DNA of 64,000 nucleotides from the human T2T-CHM13v2.0 reference genome, Homo sapiens, in NCBI RefSeq assembly GCF_009914755.1, contig NC_060926.1; one strand, given 5' to 3'. A program made the position numbers and the translations under genes. Below, piece by piece: positions 30,201 through 46,180 of this stretch. How positions within the stretch are numbered: position 1 is the stretch's first letter; every line of letters begins with the position of its first letter. The notes beneath the pieces are model-generated. The model was not told where the DNA came from, ran no database searches, and saw only the letters and a program-made list of their open reading frames with translations.

Positions 30201-32639
30201 AGGCCTGGAGCTGATAAGGGGTCATGAAGTTACAAAGCCAGGCTTCCCTGGAAGAGTTAAAGGTCAGATTGCAAGACTTCAAGTGCAGTAATAATAAGGC
30301 AATCACTAAGTGACTTTTATTCTTTTTCACCTTCTGAAAAGTCTTACTATATTTGCCTTTGTGCACTTTGTATATTTATAGTTTTTAAAAAAATAGACAA
30401 GATTGTATTTCTTTTTTGCAGTGTGTTTCTTTCAAATAGTAGTGTGTTTATATCAATCTTTACATTTATATAGTATTCATGATTTTTAATGGGAAAATTC
30501 CATTTTATTTATTTTCATTTAATAACTTTATGGAAAAACTCATTGCAATGATGTTCTTATTAATTATTCTTTAGGTTGTTTTTGGGTGGTTTTTTTTTTT
30601 TCTATTTAAAACAATGCTATTTGTCAATCAAGTTCTGAACCAGCTCTGAGAATAGTAAGACTAGTAAGATGTGGCCTTGATTTCAAGGAACAACTTAGCA
30701 GTTTATTACTATTTATTGAACAAATAAACTTTTTCTTCTGGCAGTGAAGGGCATTCTGTAGTGATCAAGGTATTAGCTAGTATATTAGCAGATGATTGTG
30801 GGTGATGATAGTTGTGGTGGTGATGATAAGGATGACAATTTTGAATAGTTAAGAGTTTCCAGAGCCTGAAAGTTGATCAGGTTTTTAATTTTTACAGTTA
30901 ACAGTAGCTAAGAAAACGATGTATTTTTAATATATCTTGGCATATTAATTGTGGTCTTAAAATAATTGCCTGTCTTATTTTATATATGTGGAATTATGAT
31001 TTATAAAAAGGATGGGCAAACTTTAGCTTGTATTTCTCTTATTATGCTGGTAGCCCTCTGGGAGTAGCATTTATAATTAAAATTTATAAAGAGATGGCTG
31101 AAGGTAATCTATATTTATCCTTTTACTACAATTCCTGATCATATCAGTGGCCCTCTGAAGTGTGAAATAATCATGGGCATTTGGTTAATGAATTGTGCAT
31201 TGTTGCTGTTCATTCATGGAATTTGCTCTTTTATCATATTTGATGCTTCACTTAACAACAAATTTTGCTTTCTCTGCATTTGATATGTTTTTACCAAATT
31301 ATTCCTGATTGTATCCATTAATCTTTAGTCACATTTGACAAAAATAAATTACTGTGATCTTTTAAAGTTACCAGTAATAATTAGATTTTTCAGGACATCA
31401 AAGTTTTGGGGGGAACCACTAGATGTTAAAGGACTTGTACAAAAATGTTTGCATGAGCTTTTTGATAAAATACTGTGCCCAAATGCAATTTTAGTAATGG
31501 ATAAACAAAGACTATAGAGGACAGACAAAAAGTCATGGAGTCTTCATAATGAACATTTATTTGCATTCTTATCATCTGCATTTTCTTGGGAATCAATTTT
31601 CATTTGTTTCATTTGGGAATATTATTTTATAAACACAATATGCAGACTTCTCCTCACGTTCTCCTGCAGGTCTCTAGGATCAATAGAAATTGCTTCACTC
31701 TTTAACACCTCTGTGTCCCGTTCTAGGACAGAAGCATGTCCCAAAAGCCCAGTTGTGGGCACTTTGCTCCCAAAGGAAGCTGGAAAAGGAGAATCTGTTA
31801 AATATATTCACTCCCACAGGTTCTTCAAGGTGTTCTCTTTAGCTTTTTATGTTCTTTTATGTAACTTTACCTGTATGTATCTGGGATTATCTAGTACATT
31901 TTTGGTTTAAAATCTGATGTATTTGCATTCTTGGTGGGCCTGTAGAAAATAAAATAAGATCTGATGTATAAAATTTAACCTTTATGTCTTCAGTTCAAAT
32001 TCCAGAGAAGACTGCCTCTTTCTGGAGGAAAATATTAATTGTAGTTCTCTTGTTTACAAATGGAGACTTTTATAAATGGTATTTGGCTAGCAATTCTTGA
32101 ATTCCCACTATAATTCCTAAGGCAGTATAGCGCAGTGATTAAGGACACATATTATGGAATTAGAATGAACTTGGGTCATGTCTTGGCTTCATTGCTTACT
32201 ACCTCTGTGACCTTCGACAAGTGGCTTAACCTTACAGAGAGCCTTAAGTTTCTCAGGCATAAATGGAGGATAATAATAACATTCTTCTCTATAAATAAAC
32301 ATTTGGGAAAGGAAGGAGATGTGTGCATTGTAGGATAAATGCAGAAAAGGGAGAGCCTTGGAGATAGTGCATTCTGAGAATTATGGTCTCCACCCATCCA
32401 CCATGAAGGTAGGAGAAAATTCTACTTCAGAAGGTAGAATTGCAGGAAGTAAAAGTTTGCTCTTTGCTGGACACAGCTAATTAGACTAGATTGCAAATTT
32501 CTCTTAAAATTAATCTGGAGATTTAACATAATTTTAATTAATGTAGTGCTTTCCTTTGGCCAGGGTCAGCGGAATCGACTTAAGAAACTGTAAAACTTTA
32601 AGAAGAGAACTACGCCTGTGAGATTTACTAGACTGATTT

Positions 32640-33504
<865 letters not shown>

Positions 33505-36500
33505 ATTCTGCACTTTTCTAAATCCTTTTGTTATGTTATATCTGTGATAAATAGTATATAGCTAGATTATATTTATTTGTTTTATTTCTTTTTACACTTA
33601 ATAGACTATGTCTTTTAATCAGTAAATGGAATCCATTTACATTTTTTTTATTCCATGTGCATTTGCTTTGTATTTTTTTTAATCTTTCATGCTTTTTATT
33701 TTGCTTCTTTTCCCCCTTTTCTGCCCTTATTAGATCAGTTTTGTTTCATGCTCTTTTTCCATACCCTCAACTCTGTAAGTATAGTAATGACCATGAGAGA
33801 CTTTTCTTGGAACCAAAAGACTCCTGCCCTTGTTGATTTTGGGGACCTTGCAGACTAGCTGCTGAGACAAGTGGTGCCTTGGCTGTGGTGCTGGTGCCAA
33901 GGCTGTGTCTGTCTTTCTGCTTCCTGGGCCCAGAGAGTGGTCAAGAGAAGCTTGTCAACCTCCTTGCACAAGAGGCAGAGACTTTCTTCAGTCCCAGCAA
34001 TCAAATGCTCCTCTGGCTTTTTTACCTTTCCTTGTAATGGATATTTATATTCCTCTTACCCTTTTGGAACTGAGATCTTGATTGCCTTTGCCCATTTTTA
34101 GACCTTGAACCTAGCAAGAGAGAAGCTTTTGGTCTAAACATTCTGCTCTGAGTTTCTGTTACATTTCAAGTCCATTGAGTTTTAATCTTATTTTTGAGTC
34201 AATTATGTCCTTTAAAATATATGCATATATAATTTTCTGTGTTTTTAAGAAGAAGAAGAGTTCAAAGCTGAGCTTACAATGTCATACGGGTCAGAATTTT
34301 ATTTATAACAATATTTATAATGGCAAAAAATTGGAGTCTGGCTTAATAAATTGGATATTCAGTTATTGAAAAGAGATAGATGTATAAGTATTTACAGGGA
34401 AAATGGCTAAGATGTGTTACAAATTTTAAAAAAGCAAGTTGTGAAGAATGAGTGCTAATTTTTATTTGTTTTTAAAGCGAGATGGTATCAGATAGTGTTC
34501 TTTAGTAAGCATAAAAAAGTTTCTGATAAAATATATAAGACAGTTTTAATAGTTAACATTGTTTACCTGTGGATTTTGTAACTAGGAAACCAGGAGGCCA
34601 TTAGTATAGTTTTTTACATCATTATCTTTTTTTGCCTTTCTATATTATTTGGATATTCTTCCTCTCTTTGAACATTGGGTATGTTTGATAATACCAAAGT
34701 AAAAATAAAACGCAACAGCAGCAACTCCCTTATTCCTCAAAATTGTGTTATTGCAATTGTTACAGCCTAGTACAGTTTTGTGACTCCATAATCATGTGTG
34801 TACTTAACAAACATTAAAGTATGTTAATGATGTGTTCTAACAACATCATATCTCTATTAATCTGTTTTCTAATATATCTGTTTTCTAATATAAACATAGA
34901 AATAAATAACCAACTCAATATCATATATTTATATAAAATGCTAATATTCACTTTTGGAAAATACCAGGCCAAAGCATTGTATCGTGATCGTGAGGATTAA
35001 CAAGTCAGGATTACTTTGCAGCTTTACAAGAGGATAATATTTTAGAGGAATTGATCCTTCCCATAAAATGTTCAGCCTTCGGGTTAGTCCCTTTTCTTAT
35101 TAATGGCAATGGCTGTCTGAAATCCAAAGTTAAGTGCCCAAAGCTTTTCTAAAGAAAGATAAACTCACCTTTAAAAAAAAAAACTATATTATTTTTCCTA
35201 CATGCAGCATGTGGCTTTAATACCTGTTCTTATGGTGCTAACATACAAAGCATCTTAAATTTTTTGATTTTTTGTGCTATTATCTTGGTGTCTCTGATAC
35301 TTATTTCAGAGTGATTATTCTCACCTTTCTATTTAGAAATATCTTAATAGTGACATTTCTTAAAATTTGTTCTAATGATATAATTAAAGATACAAGGAGT
35401 TTAAATGAAAATATAATCTTGCAGCACTATCTGTAATAGTGAAACAATGGGATAATCCAAATATTCAAAAATAAGAAATTGAATAAATTATTAAAATTAA
35501 TAGAATATTATCCACATGTTAAAAATGAAATTATAGAAAAATATTTATTGACATGGGTAAGTGTTTACAATAAACAGTGTTAAATGAAAAAAATTAAATC
35601 AAATATACCATATGATCCTATTTTTACAAAAATGTACATATGTGATTATATACATGCATAGAAAATGTGAACGTTTAAATACCCAAATGTCAACTGTGGT
35701 TATCTCTGAGTGGTGTGATTACAGGAGAGTTTTATTTTATTCTCTTTGCTTATCTGCATTTATTATATTGAGCATGTTTTCATGCATAATAAGATAATCA
35801 GTAAAAGGTATTAAAATATACTTCTGTTCTATTTCATGTTGTGAAAGTTAAATGTCGTACCATTTTTCCTCTTAGATTGTAATTATCCTTCTATATTCAT
35901 CCAACTGTTTTGATCCATGAATTGGTTTAGTTGGAAGTAATTAGAAATTCTCACTCAGGTCAGAAAAGACAAAGCTGTAAAGAGCTGTGTTAGTTCATAA
36001 CTCTTGCCCCACCTAGAAGATACAATTTCAGTTTGCTAACAGATGAGATGATAAATGGAATATAGATTTCAAGTTGACTTTATTCTTCTACTCTAACTAA
36101 TCTTGTTATTCTGCCTAAGATTTCAGGTAATGTTACTCCAAATATTAGTATTTTATTACTGTCGCAAAATTCCCCAGACTACCTACTAAAAGTAATCAAT
36201 AATAAAAACAAAGCCTTAAATAATGATACTACCACTCCCACTAAATGTTCTGTTTCATCTTAATAGAGATACAGCTTATTGCTTTCCATAAAAAGTAGCT
36301 GCTAACAAGAAAAAAGAAAAAGAAAAACAAACTTACTATAAAATCTTGAACTAATTTAGTGAATTACCTTCACTACATAGAGAGGCCAGCCCTTCCCTGC
36401 CTGTAATGTAAGGAGGTCACTCTTTCTACTTTGAGGGAAGATCTCTCCCCAGCCTCCTCAAATCCATAGTAAGGAGTAGTTTCTTGAATCCTGGGTGCAT

Positions 36501-37772
36501 TATTTTTTATGCCCTTCAGGCTTAATTATTTTACCTAAGAACACAAAATGCTAGCATTGAATATCACTTAATACTATTCACTATCTGAGAAGATAAAACA
36601 CCTCCCTCTTTTCACTTCCTTGCTTTATACTTAACATACCAGAAAACTGAACTCTTAATTTGATTTCAGTAATTTTTGAGGTGAGGAAACAATTTGGATT
36701 TTTGAGAATTGAAACAGAAAGGGACAGATTAGATAACAGAACCACAGAAGAACCTCAAAAGGCTTTTAAAAATGTTATTGTCTTCATTGCAGTTGGTTGG
36801 TTGGTTAATTAGTTAAGAAATAGTTGAGTTGCAGCTATGACTTCTAATAATGTCTTGATTTTATTTTCCTCCTTTCTACTTCTCATTCAACAAAAATGAG
36901 AGATTTAAAACATTTAGCATATAATAGCAGTTGAAAATTAAAGAAAATTTTTAGAGTTTTTTGTGGTTTGGAAAACTTTCAGTAATACTTTTATGTTACA
37001 TGGCATTTTAATATATCAATTTAGCTATAACTTTGGAAACTAAAATTTTAAGTTTTTGCTCTGGAAGGAGCAGTATCGTTTCTTTCCAGAAATTCTGGTG
37101 GGTAACTTGATAATTTGACACTAGAAATAATGGGACAAGAAAAACAGCCTGGTTTGACAGAGAGGCCCATTTTAACTTTTGTTGGTATTCACTAGGGTTT
37201 CTCACATAAGTACATGTGATAACTTTTAAAATGTCCAATACTGGAAAAAGCAGTTTTGAGAGCTTTAAAGTGTTAGCTCTCACTTAAATATCCTGAAATA
37301 TCCTCCTGAGATGGCTTGCTAATTCCTAGAGTAGTTCCCTGCCTCACACTCTGTCAATTTGGGAAATTAAAAAAAAAAAAAATCCATCCTGACAACACAG
37401 CCCATAAAATTTTCTCTTTATATCACCCTTCAATACCATCTCTGCCTTCTGAGGCCGGATTCTTCATTGCCCCAACTCCTGTTATATGACACTGGTCCTC
37501 CAAAAGGTCTCCTGCCTCCAGTCCTACCTCTACCCCTCATTCCTGCAGTCAGATTAATCTTTTCTGAACCTTAATCTGATTTCTCAGCTGAAAACATTTT
37601 GATAGTTCTCCTGACAGTCAGCATAATAGTATTTCTCAAAACAATATCTGAGGACTTCTAGAAAAAATTTAAATGTTATTCCTTTTTTATAATAATAAAT
37701 TAACAAGCACACCCTGGTTCCCCAGAATGGATAGCTTGTAACTGTGTAAAATACTAAAAATACTAATATTAG

Positions 37773-38401
<629 letters not shown>

Positions 38402-38819
38402 ACATCTTGTTTTTTTCTGATGAAACATTTGTTTCTTAAACTGATCCAGGACACATAGCTGTGTTCTCAGAGGCATCTTCCTTTTGAGGAGATCCAGATA
38501 TTACTTACTTGTGAGAAACAGTGGTTAACAGGACAAGATCCAAATACCTGAATGTGTAAGAAGAGCCCTCTGAGATCTGCCTTGCCCATTCTTTGTACCT
38601 GCACTCCAACCCCTGAGTGACAAGCAGCCCCTGGATAAGCTAGGCCACATGAAGCGTTTGCCTTCTCTTTCTTAAGCTGGGCTTTGTCGATGATCTTTCC
38701 CTTTCTTCACTCCACCTGCCCTGAACACGTACTTCTCTGTAGACTTTTCTTTCCTGATGACTCCATCCCCAGGTACAAGGAAAACTCCCATCTCTCCCAT
38801 CTTGGCTATAGTTAATCTT

Positions 38820-39272
38820 CACACAGGGAATTGTGTCACTACAAAACTATCCCCAAAACTTGGTGGCGTAAAACAACAATTATCATCAGCCAGTTTCAGT
38901 AAGTCAGGAATCTGGGTGAGCCTTAGCTGGGTACTGTGGCTCTGCATCCCTCATAGTGGACAGTGCTTTCTAATAACTCGCATGGTTGTTGGACTGAGGT
39001 CTCTGTTCCTCACCACCTGTTGACCAGGAGCCTCCCTTTGTTCCTTAACTCACAACATGACAGCTTGCTTTACCAGAGCAAGCAAGCAGGAGGGCAATAG
39101 AGAATACTGGAAAGAGAGAGAGCACTTCCCAGTCTTTAATGACCTAATCACAGTAGTGGCACATCACCTGCTCATTAGAAGAAAGGTGCTAGTCTAGCCC
39201 ACACTCCAGGGCAGGGGGTGACATACTATGCAGTTGGGATTACTGGAGACTGTCTAAGTAGTCTGTCTACCA
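38820..39272 (-). mobile_element. MLT1 (MaLR) LTR
   Basis: CCCCAAAACTTGGTGGCGTAAAACAACAA...GTCAGGAATCTGGG...CTTAGCTGGGT and terminal ...GTCTACCATA motifs. Confidence 0.7.
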
Positions 39273-40502
39273 TAGCCTGTAGGATACCTTAGGGTAGGTA
39301 TCCCTAAGGATAGGCCCAGGTGAGGAAGCTGTGGGCTGTGGGGGAGGCTGCTTGTCCTCTCTCAACCTTGTTTCCCTGCCTCTCATGGTGTGGGCATCTT
39401 GATGCCATGACAGTGATTCCAGGGTTTAAAGAGAGGTATATTTTAAATAATCTGGCTCTTAAATATCATTTGAAAGTCAACTCCCTCGTCTGATCTTCAG
39501 CTGAAGAAAAAATGGTCTATTTTAGTGCTAGAAGAAGAACTCTGTGTTGGACTTACTAAGAAAAGGTGATATAGCTCACTGAGATAGTGCATTCTTAAGA
39601 GATTTGCAGATTTAATTTTTCTGGGTTTATATCCTGAATTTACCTTCTAACGTGGAGTATGATGAGAGTCTTCTGGATTTTCAAACTTGGCCTCTATTAA
39701 ACTGCTGCACTTTGTATACTTGCTTTTCTTTGAGCGGGGAGATACCTGACAGCCTAGTTCATGCCTAATTCACTTCTAATATCAGGATTTTGGCTCTCAA
39801 TATTCTTAAAAATATGTACTAATATTTTTCTGTGTTCTTAGAATATTCACTACTAAATTCGCTAGGCATTGCTAGGGTTTTAATAGCTGAGAATTTTACA
39901 GGTCTTTCTCTGGCATATATACTTAAAAGGAGTGACCTGGGGCTGTGATACCTGTAACTTTTGTGTTATTTTTCTAGGTAGTTAAGGCATTAACAGTTTT
40001 TGCCCTTGAATCAAAGTTCTCTACTTTTCTCTCCACAGCTTCTAAATATTTTGTCCTTTTGAGTCAAGGGAATTGCCCTGATTTTATGATGACATTTGGG
40101 TACGATATTTAAACTGTTAAAAGTTATAAAAACGACCCTTTGGTATTAAATGTAATAAGTGGCTTTGAATTGAATACATGCACAGGTTCTCCTAAATGAA
40201 CTTTGTGAGTCCAAACTGCTCTAGTTACGTATTCTCATTGTAACTGGATTCTATGACATTCTTTCATCCTCCAAGAGTGTTCCAGGCCATGAAAACTCCT
40301 CATGGCTTGGTGTCGATGTATTCTTTGGGTCTTTTGGCGTATTGGCTTTCATCTCTCAACTCCTGTGTGGCACTTGTAGTACTGATGGTCATCTCCAGTC
40401 CTGAAGAGGCAGGGTGTCTCTGCAGCAAAACAAAACTAGTTATCCCTAGGAGATCTATAACAGCCCTCAAGTAAAGGGGGCATGGGCAACTTCTAGAACT
40501 GA

Positions 40503-40958
<456 letters not shown>

Positions 40959-41574
40959 TAAATTAGACTATAAACACCTCAATATCAGAACTTATTCTCT
41001 TTCTTTCTTTCTTCCTTTCTTTTTCTTTCTTTCCTTTCTTTGCTATCTCTCCCCATTGTATATCTACCATAATACCACTCCAGATGCATTTCTCAACAGA
41101 AGTCAACACACAGAAGGAAGTCTAGTCTAGATTTATTCATGATGCATGCATTAGAGTAGATCAGAGATGAGGGGCTGCGACAGGTCTGGACTGTTGTGAG
41201 AGATGAACGAGAGTTCTAGAAGGCTTTGCAACAACATTCAGTTAACTCTTCATGGGTAGAGTTGGGTGCTAGTCTCTCCTTTGACCTTCTAAGTGCACCA
41301 GAGTATGTTACTGCCATGAAATTGCACTGTAATATTTTCTAGTTGTGATTCATTCACAGCTTAATATGCTTCTAGTTCTGGCTTGACTTTTCCCCCAGGA
41401 AGAGCCTAAAATCTCTTCATTATAATATAGACAGTGTACTGCACTTTGAATACAAATTTATCCATGTTCAGAGTAATTTTTCTTGTGATTGTCTCTACCC
41501 TGGAGAAGTGCCTTTAATGAATTACATACAAATTGTGTAATTTAAGAAGTTAATTTGGTTTTCTGGTTACACAG

Positions 41575-41699
41575 GACTAAAAACAGCCCTTGTAGAAAGA
41601 GATGATTTCTCATCAGGGACCAGCAGCAGAAGCACTAAATTGATCCATGGTGGTGTGAGATATCTGCAGAAGGCCATCATGAAGTTGGATATTGAGCAG
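41575..41699 (+). CDS. GPD2: GPD2 exon 4 (125 nt), (G)LKTALVERDDFSSGTSSRSTKLIHGGVRYLQKAIMKLDIEQ
   Basis: ACAG acceptor, CAG|GTAATT donor. Contains the GTSSRSTKLIHGGVRYL signature of FAD-dependent G3P dehydrogenases; phase 1 matches exon 3. Confidence 0.97.
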
Positions 41700-42998
41700 G
41701 TAATTGTGTATGCTGGTTGTTAAACAAAAATTGCAACTGTGCTTTTTTCTACCCAATTAAATCAGGTTTTTTTTTCTTTAATGGCTTAAAAGCATTTCTT
41801 CCTGTTGGAAATACCTATTTAGTGTATTCTGCTGGAATATCTTTCAGGAGAGGTGTGTCAGTTCTTTCCTGTAGTATTATGTTTATGGGTAATCAGGGGC
41901 TTTTTCTTCACAAGCATGTTGAAGTAGCAGATTTACAAAATCACTTTTGAATGTGTTGCCTTTTAACAATTGTGTTTGGGTTTTTGCCAATGGCTACCAA
42001 ATTGCTACTTTGCAAGCACTTTCAGGGGAGCTATGTTGTAATGCAGGGGGAGTGCGAAATTGATCCTCTTAACTACAACTGCAGTCATAGGCTCATATTG
42101 TCACTGACATATTCTGAAGGAAAAGATGATCTGAGTCATGCTTTTCTTATGTCACACTTTATTGTGTCCAGCCTGCCACCATTTGAAAACTGCCAAGGCA
42201 GTGTGGAAGATGACATTTCCCAGAGGGGTAAAAAAAATCAGCTGAACTTCCTATCTCTTTTTGTACATGAAAAACACAGTGGCACTGGCTTGACATTGTC
42301 AAGTTTTGAATCTGTCTCTTTTTTTTTCTTGACAAGTCAGTTTTGAATCTGTCCCCTTATATTTCTCTTCAGCATCATGATGGAGGCAAAGAAAACAGCA
42401 TAGGATTTAGAATCAGCTAACTTGTGATGTGTTCAGGCTTATTTACTCAAAATCTATGAGTCTGTTATCTTATTTGTAAAATTAGTGTTATAATAGCAAT
42501 GCTGGCTTTTTAGAGAGGCGTAATGAGGACTACAGCAGTTAAGACAAAAGCCTTTTTATAATCTGTAAAATACTGTGCAACTGTTAAGAAGCATCATTGC
42601 TTGGTTTCATGAAGGCAAGATGGAAACTTTTAGCATGAATTTGAACAATCTGTTATCTCCTACACAGAAAAAATATTATGGGGAACTGAGAAAGGGAGAC
42701 AATCCAGAGGATGCAAGATAAATGGCTACAATAATCTTGTAACTCAAGTCAGGAAAATATCTTACACCTGGGAACTCTGACAGCATGTTTTTCTCCTATG
42801 CAAATACAGTTAAGGTTTCTAAAAAATCTTTGAGGTTGACAGCATGATGTATTATTAGAAATTTGATTAGGAGGGAGCTATCCTCACTCAGAGATAGAAG
42901 GTTTCTGTGTATCAATCAGTTGGCAGGGTGTCTATTTGCCATTTGAAAATATTATGATCTGTTACTGCCAAACTAATTTTCTCTGTTTTGCCTTTCAG

Positions 42999-43096
42999 TA
43001 TAGGATGGTAAAAGAAGCCCTTCATGAGCGTGCCAACCTGCTAGAAATTGCTCCCCATTTATCAGCTCCATTGCCTATAATGCTTCCAGTTTACAA
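42999..43096 (+). CDS. GPD2: GPD2 exon 5 (98 nt), YRMVKEALHERANLLEIAPHLSAPLPIMLPVY-K
   Basis: TTTCAG acceptor, CAA|GTAAGC donor; frame continuous with exon 4. Confidence 0.96.
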
Positions 43097-43746
43097 GTAA
43101 GCCTTTTGATATCACCTGTATGCATTTGCTTCTCTGCGGTCAATAGAACAACAGTTTTAATGGAAATAATCCCTCAATGCATATTTCATAATGTGGTTTT
43201 AATTGGTCCTAATCTTTAATCCTTTTGAAGTATTTTCCTTTGTTGTATTTAAAAGTATGGCTTTTCTTAAATTACTCTCTACTGGCCTATCTCTAGATTT
43301 TAAAGGCAAAGGAGGTCGTATTCTGTATTTGTAATTAGTAGTTTCTTACTCCAGTTTCTGAGAGTATATAGATGAGCAACTGCATTTGCATTAAGGAACA
43401 TAAGAGGATCATGTGCAGACTGTAAATGGTTGAGCTAAAGTATCCTGTTATAAAATGTAAACATACCACATACCACTTGAAACCCAAGGCATTTTGAGTC
43501 ATGTTACGTGTCTGAGTTAACCAAGGCTGAAATTTGGTTAGGAAGTGTCAGATTATAAATTATAAAACTTAATTTTCCTAATGTTTTTAGAGCTATCCAT
43601 GAAGTTGCCTTACATTGGAATTCAGGTAGTATGAACAAGTAGATTATGTAACTCTTTTAGCCACATTAGTGTTGTAGGGGGCTGGAAACAGATTTTTTAT
43701 AATTTTGTTCATCCTTCATCATAGATCGCTTAGGACTTCCTGAACC

Positions 43747-43895
43747 AGTGATTCTTAATCCTGGGTGTACATTGTCATCATCCAGGCCCCCACCCTAGTC
43801 TAGTTAAATCAGTTTCTGGATGTATGAGGCTTAGGCATCAGTATTTTTAATGTTCCCCAGAGAATTCTAATATTCAGCCAGTTTGAGAACAGCTG
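43747..43895. mobile_element. MER5A-like hAT DNA transposon
   Basis: CAGTGATTCTTAA...GGCATCAGTATTTTTAA...TTTGAGAACAGCTG with terminal inverted repeats. Confidence 0.75.
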
Positions 43896-44111
43896 CCTCA
43901 GAGAAGATTCATTTAAAATCTCATTGATTTATTTTACTTATAGACTTCAGCTAGGTTGGTGTCAAAAACAGTTGCATAAGTCTGTTTCTTTTGCAGTCCA
44001 CTTCTAGGTATGCTTTGTTTTTCTTAAATGAAAGTGTCTTGTAGTGTAAGGTAATATTCTATAATGCTATACTCTGTTTCTGAAGAACTTTCCCCCCTAT
44101 TTATGCTGTAG

Positions 44112-44275
44112 GTGGTGGCAGTTACCTTACTACTGGGTAGGAATCAAGCTGTATGATTTGGTTGCAGGAAGCAATTGCCTAAAAAGCAGTTATGTCCTCA
44201 GCAAATCAAGAGCCCTTGAACATTTCCCAATGCTCCAGAAGGACAAACTGGTAGGAGCAATTGTCTACTATGACG
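44112..44275 (+). CDS. GPD2: GPD2 exon 6 (164 nt), (K)WWQLPYYWVGIKLYDLVAG...GAIVYYD-G
   Basis: TGTAG acceptor, ACG|GTATGT donor; frame continuous. No further exon is seen in the window. Confidence 0.96.
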
Positions 44276-45908
44276 GTATGTGATGTTTTTTTTTTTTTTC
44301 CTCACAAGATACTTTTCTCTCACTCATGACCCGTATAGTGTATTCTTAAGGAGATAGTTTTGCATCTTTAAATACTAATCTTACACAACACACAAACACA
44401 CGTGCACGCACATATTCACCATTTTCTCTAACGGTGGCTGAAAAACTAACCATACCATTTTACCTTTAATACTGTTTATTTTACATATTTGTTTTCTTCT
44501 TTGATTTCTACTTTGTGTCTCATGGTTGGTTTGGTCCATTTCTCATTATTATGAATTTGGTCCCCACCCTCATGCCATGTGATTTGTTATGTGTTTGCTA
44601 GTGAATATTTGCCTTATGAATATATTATAATGTTGAAAGCAGCTGAGGATATGTTAGGTTTTCTAGATGAAACCTCCATTTTCAAGGGGTTATAAACCTA
44701 GGGGGAAAAATGCCCTGTGGGCTGAAATTGACATGTTTGTATTTTGCACAGGACACAATTCTTGAATGTATAATTTATATGACGAAGGTAGATGAACATT
44801 GCATCTGTTAAACTGCTCTGAGTTTTTATTGCTTATTTTATTGTTGTTAGATGTTTTCTAATAGTGACATTACATAGTGGCCATTTGCCATGTGTTCAAT
44901 GTTCATTCTTTTTTTTTTTTTTTGCATGTATGCAATATAGTTTTGTACACTTTTATTTGAAGGAACACTTAATGTATCTCCAGATGGTCCACAAAACAAC
45001 ATAAAACAAAACAGGCAAAGCCATTTGTAAAATTTTACTAGTAGTTTTAAAGAGTGTGTGAGATTGGAATATAGTCCAAGGGTGTCCATTTATAAGGAAA
45101 TAGCTGAACACAGATAATTATACATGTTCAAAAAGTCCTAAAAATTTTGTGATGCAGAGGACAGCTTAGATTTTATACCTCAGTGAGCCCCCCACCCCCG
45201 TTGTATTATCTTTTCTATCTAGTATTAGATATCTAAACTCTTAGCAAGAAGAATTTGTTGTTGTTTTATTTTTTTCAGGATACTTTGATATTTATACTGA
45301 ATACTATGGGATGTCCCAAAGGCTATCCCTGTGTTTTTTTCTTCTTTCCAGTGTTACATTTCTGAACCAATTCAGCTGTCAGGCTTTCATATATAAATGC
45401 AAAAAGTATATGTACAGAGAGGGAAAAGGGGACCAAACTCAAGAAAATGTCCTAGGATCAACAATATTAGAAAAATGTTAAGGGTCTTAGGCAAACATTA
45501 AAAGCTAGAAAATTCACAGTTTACAGTGCTTCCGAGCATCTGAACACCACAGGGGGGCCACTTAACTATTTTTTTGGTGCCCTTGATTGAGTCTACATGT
45601 TAAAGGACAACCTTAACTGTGAATTTGCTTTCTCTGCATTGGACCCTTAATGTTAATCCATTGTAGTTTATTGGGTGATTATAGTAAAGAGGTTTTTGGT
45701 CCAGGAGGAGTATGAAGGCATTCTGTAAATAGCGTCCTGCCCATCCTGACATGGAAATGTTTGTGGCCTTTCCCTCTTATTACTAATCCCTCCTGCACAA
45801 ACCCTCTCACATACTTACTCATTTTCTATACTTTGTGATCTATTAGGCACTAACCAATTTTATTTGTAAGCTTGTCAATATCTGAATCTTTTAAAAATAA
45901 GTATTAGT

Positions 45909-46180
45909 GGGCTGGGTATGTTGGTTCACACCTGTAATCCTAGCACTTTAAGAGGCCAAGGCAGCCAGATCACTTGACCCCAGTTCAAGACCAACATGGC
46001 GAATCCTCATCTCTACTAAAAATACAAGAAATTAGCCAGGTGCGGTGGCATGCACTTGTAGTCCCAGCTACTTGGGGGGCTGAGGTGGCTGCAGTGAGCT
46101 GAGATCCCGCCATTACACTCCAGCCTGGGCAACAGCATGAGACCCTATTTCAAAAAAAAAAAAAGAAGAAGAAGAAAAGA
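45909..46180 (+). mobile_element. Alu with small internal deletions
   Basis: GGCTGGGT...TGTAATCCTAGCACTTT...CTCCAGCCTGGGCAACAG and A-tail; AA(G/A)TATTAG on both flanks. Confidence 0.92.

Noticed and set aside
33790-34180. Non-AT-rich segment considered as a processed pseudogene
   Set aside because: No recognisable protein similarity, poly(A) tail or TSD.
42996-43003. Second AG 5 nt inside exon 5 (CAG TATAG)
   Set aside because: Would frameshift; the upstream CAG preserves the known protein and nothing here supports use of the second AG.
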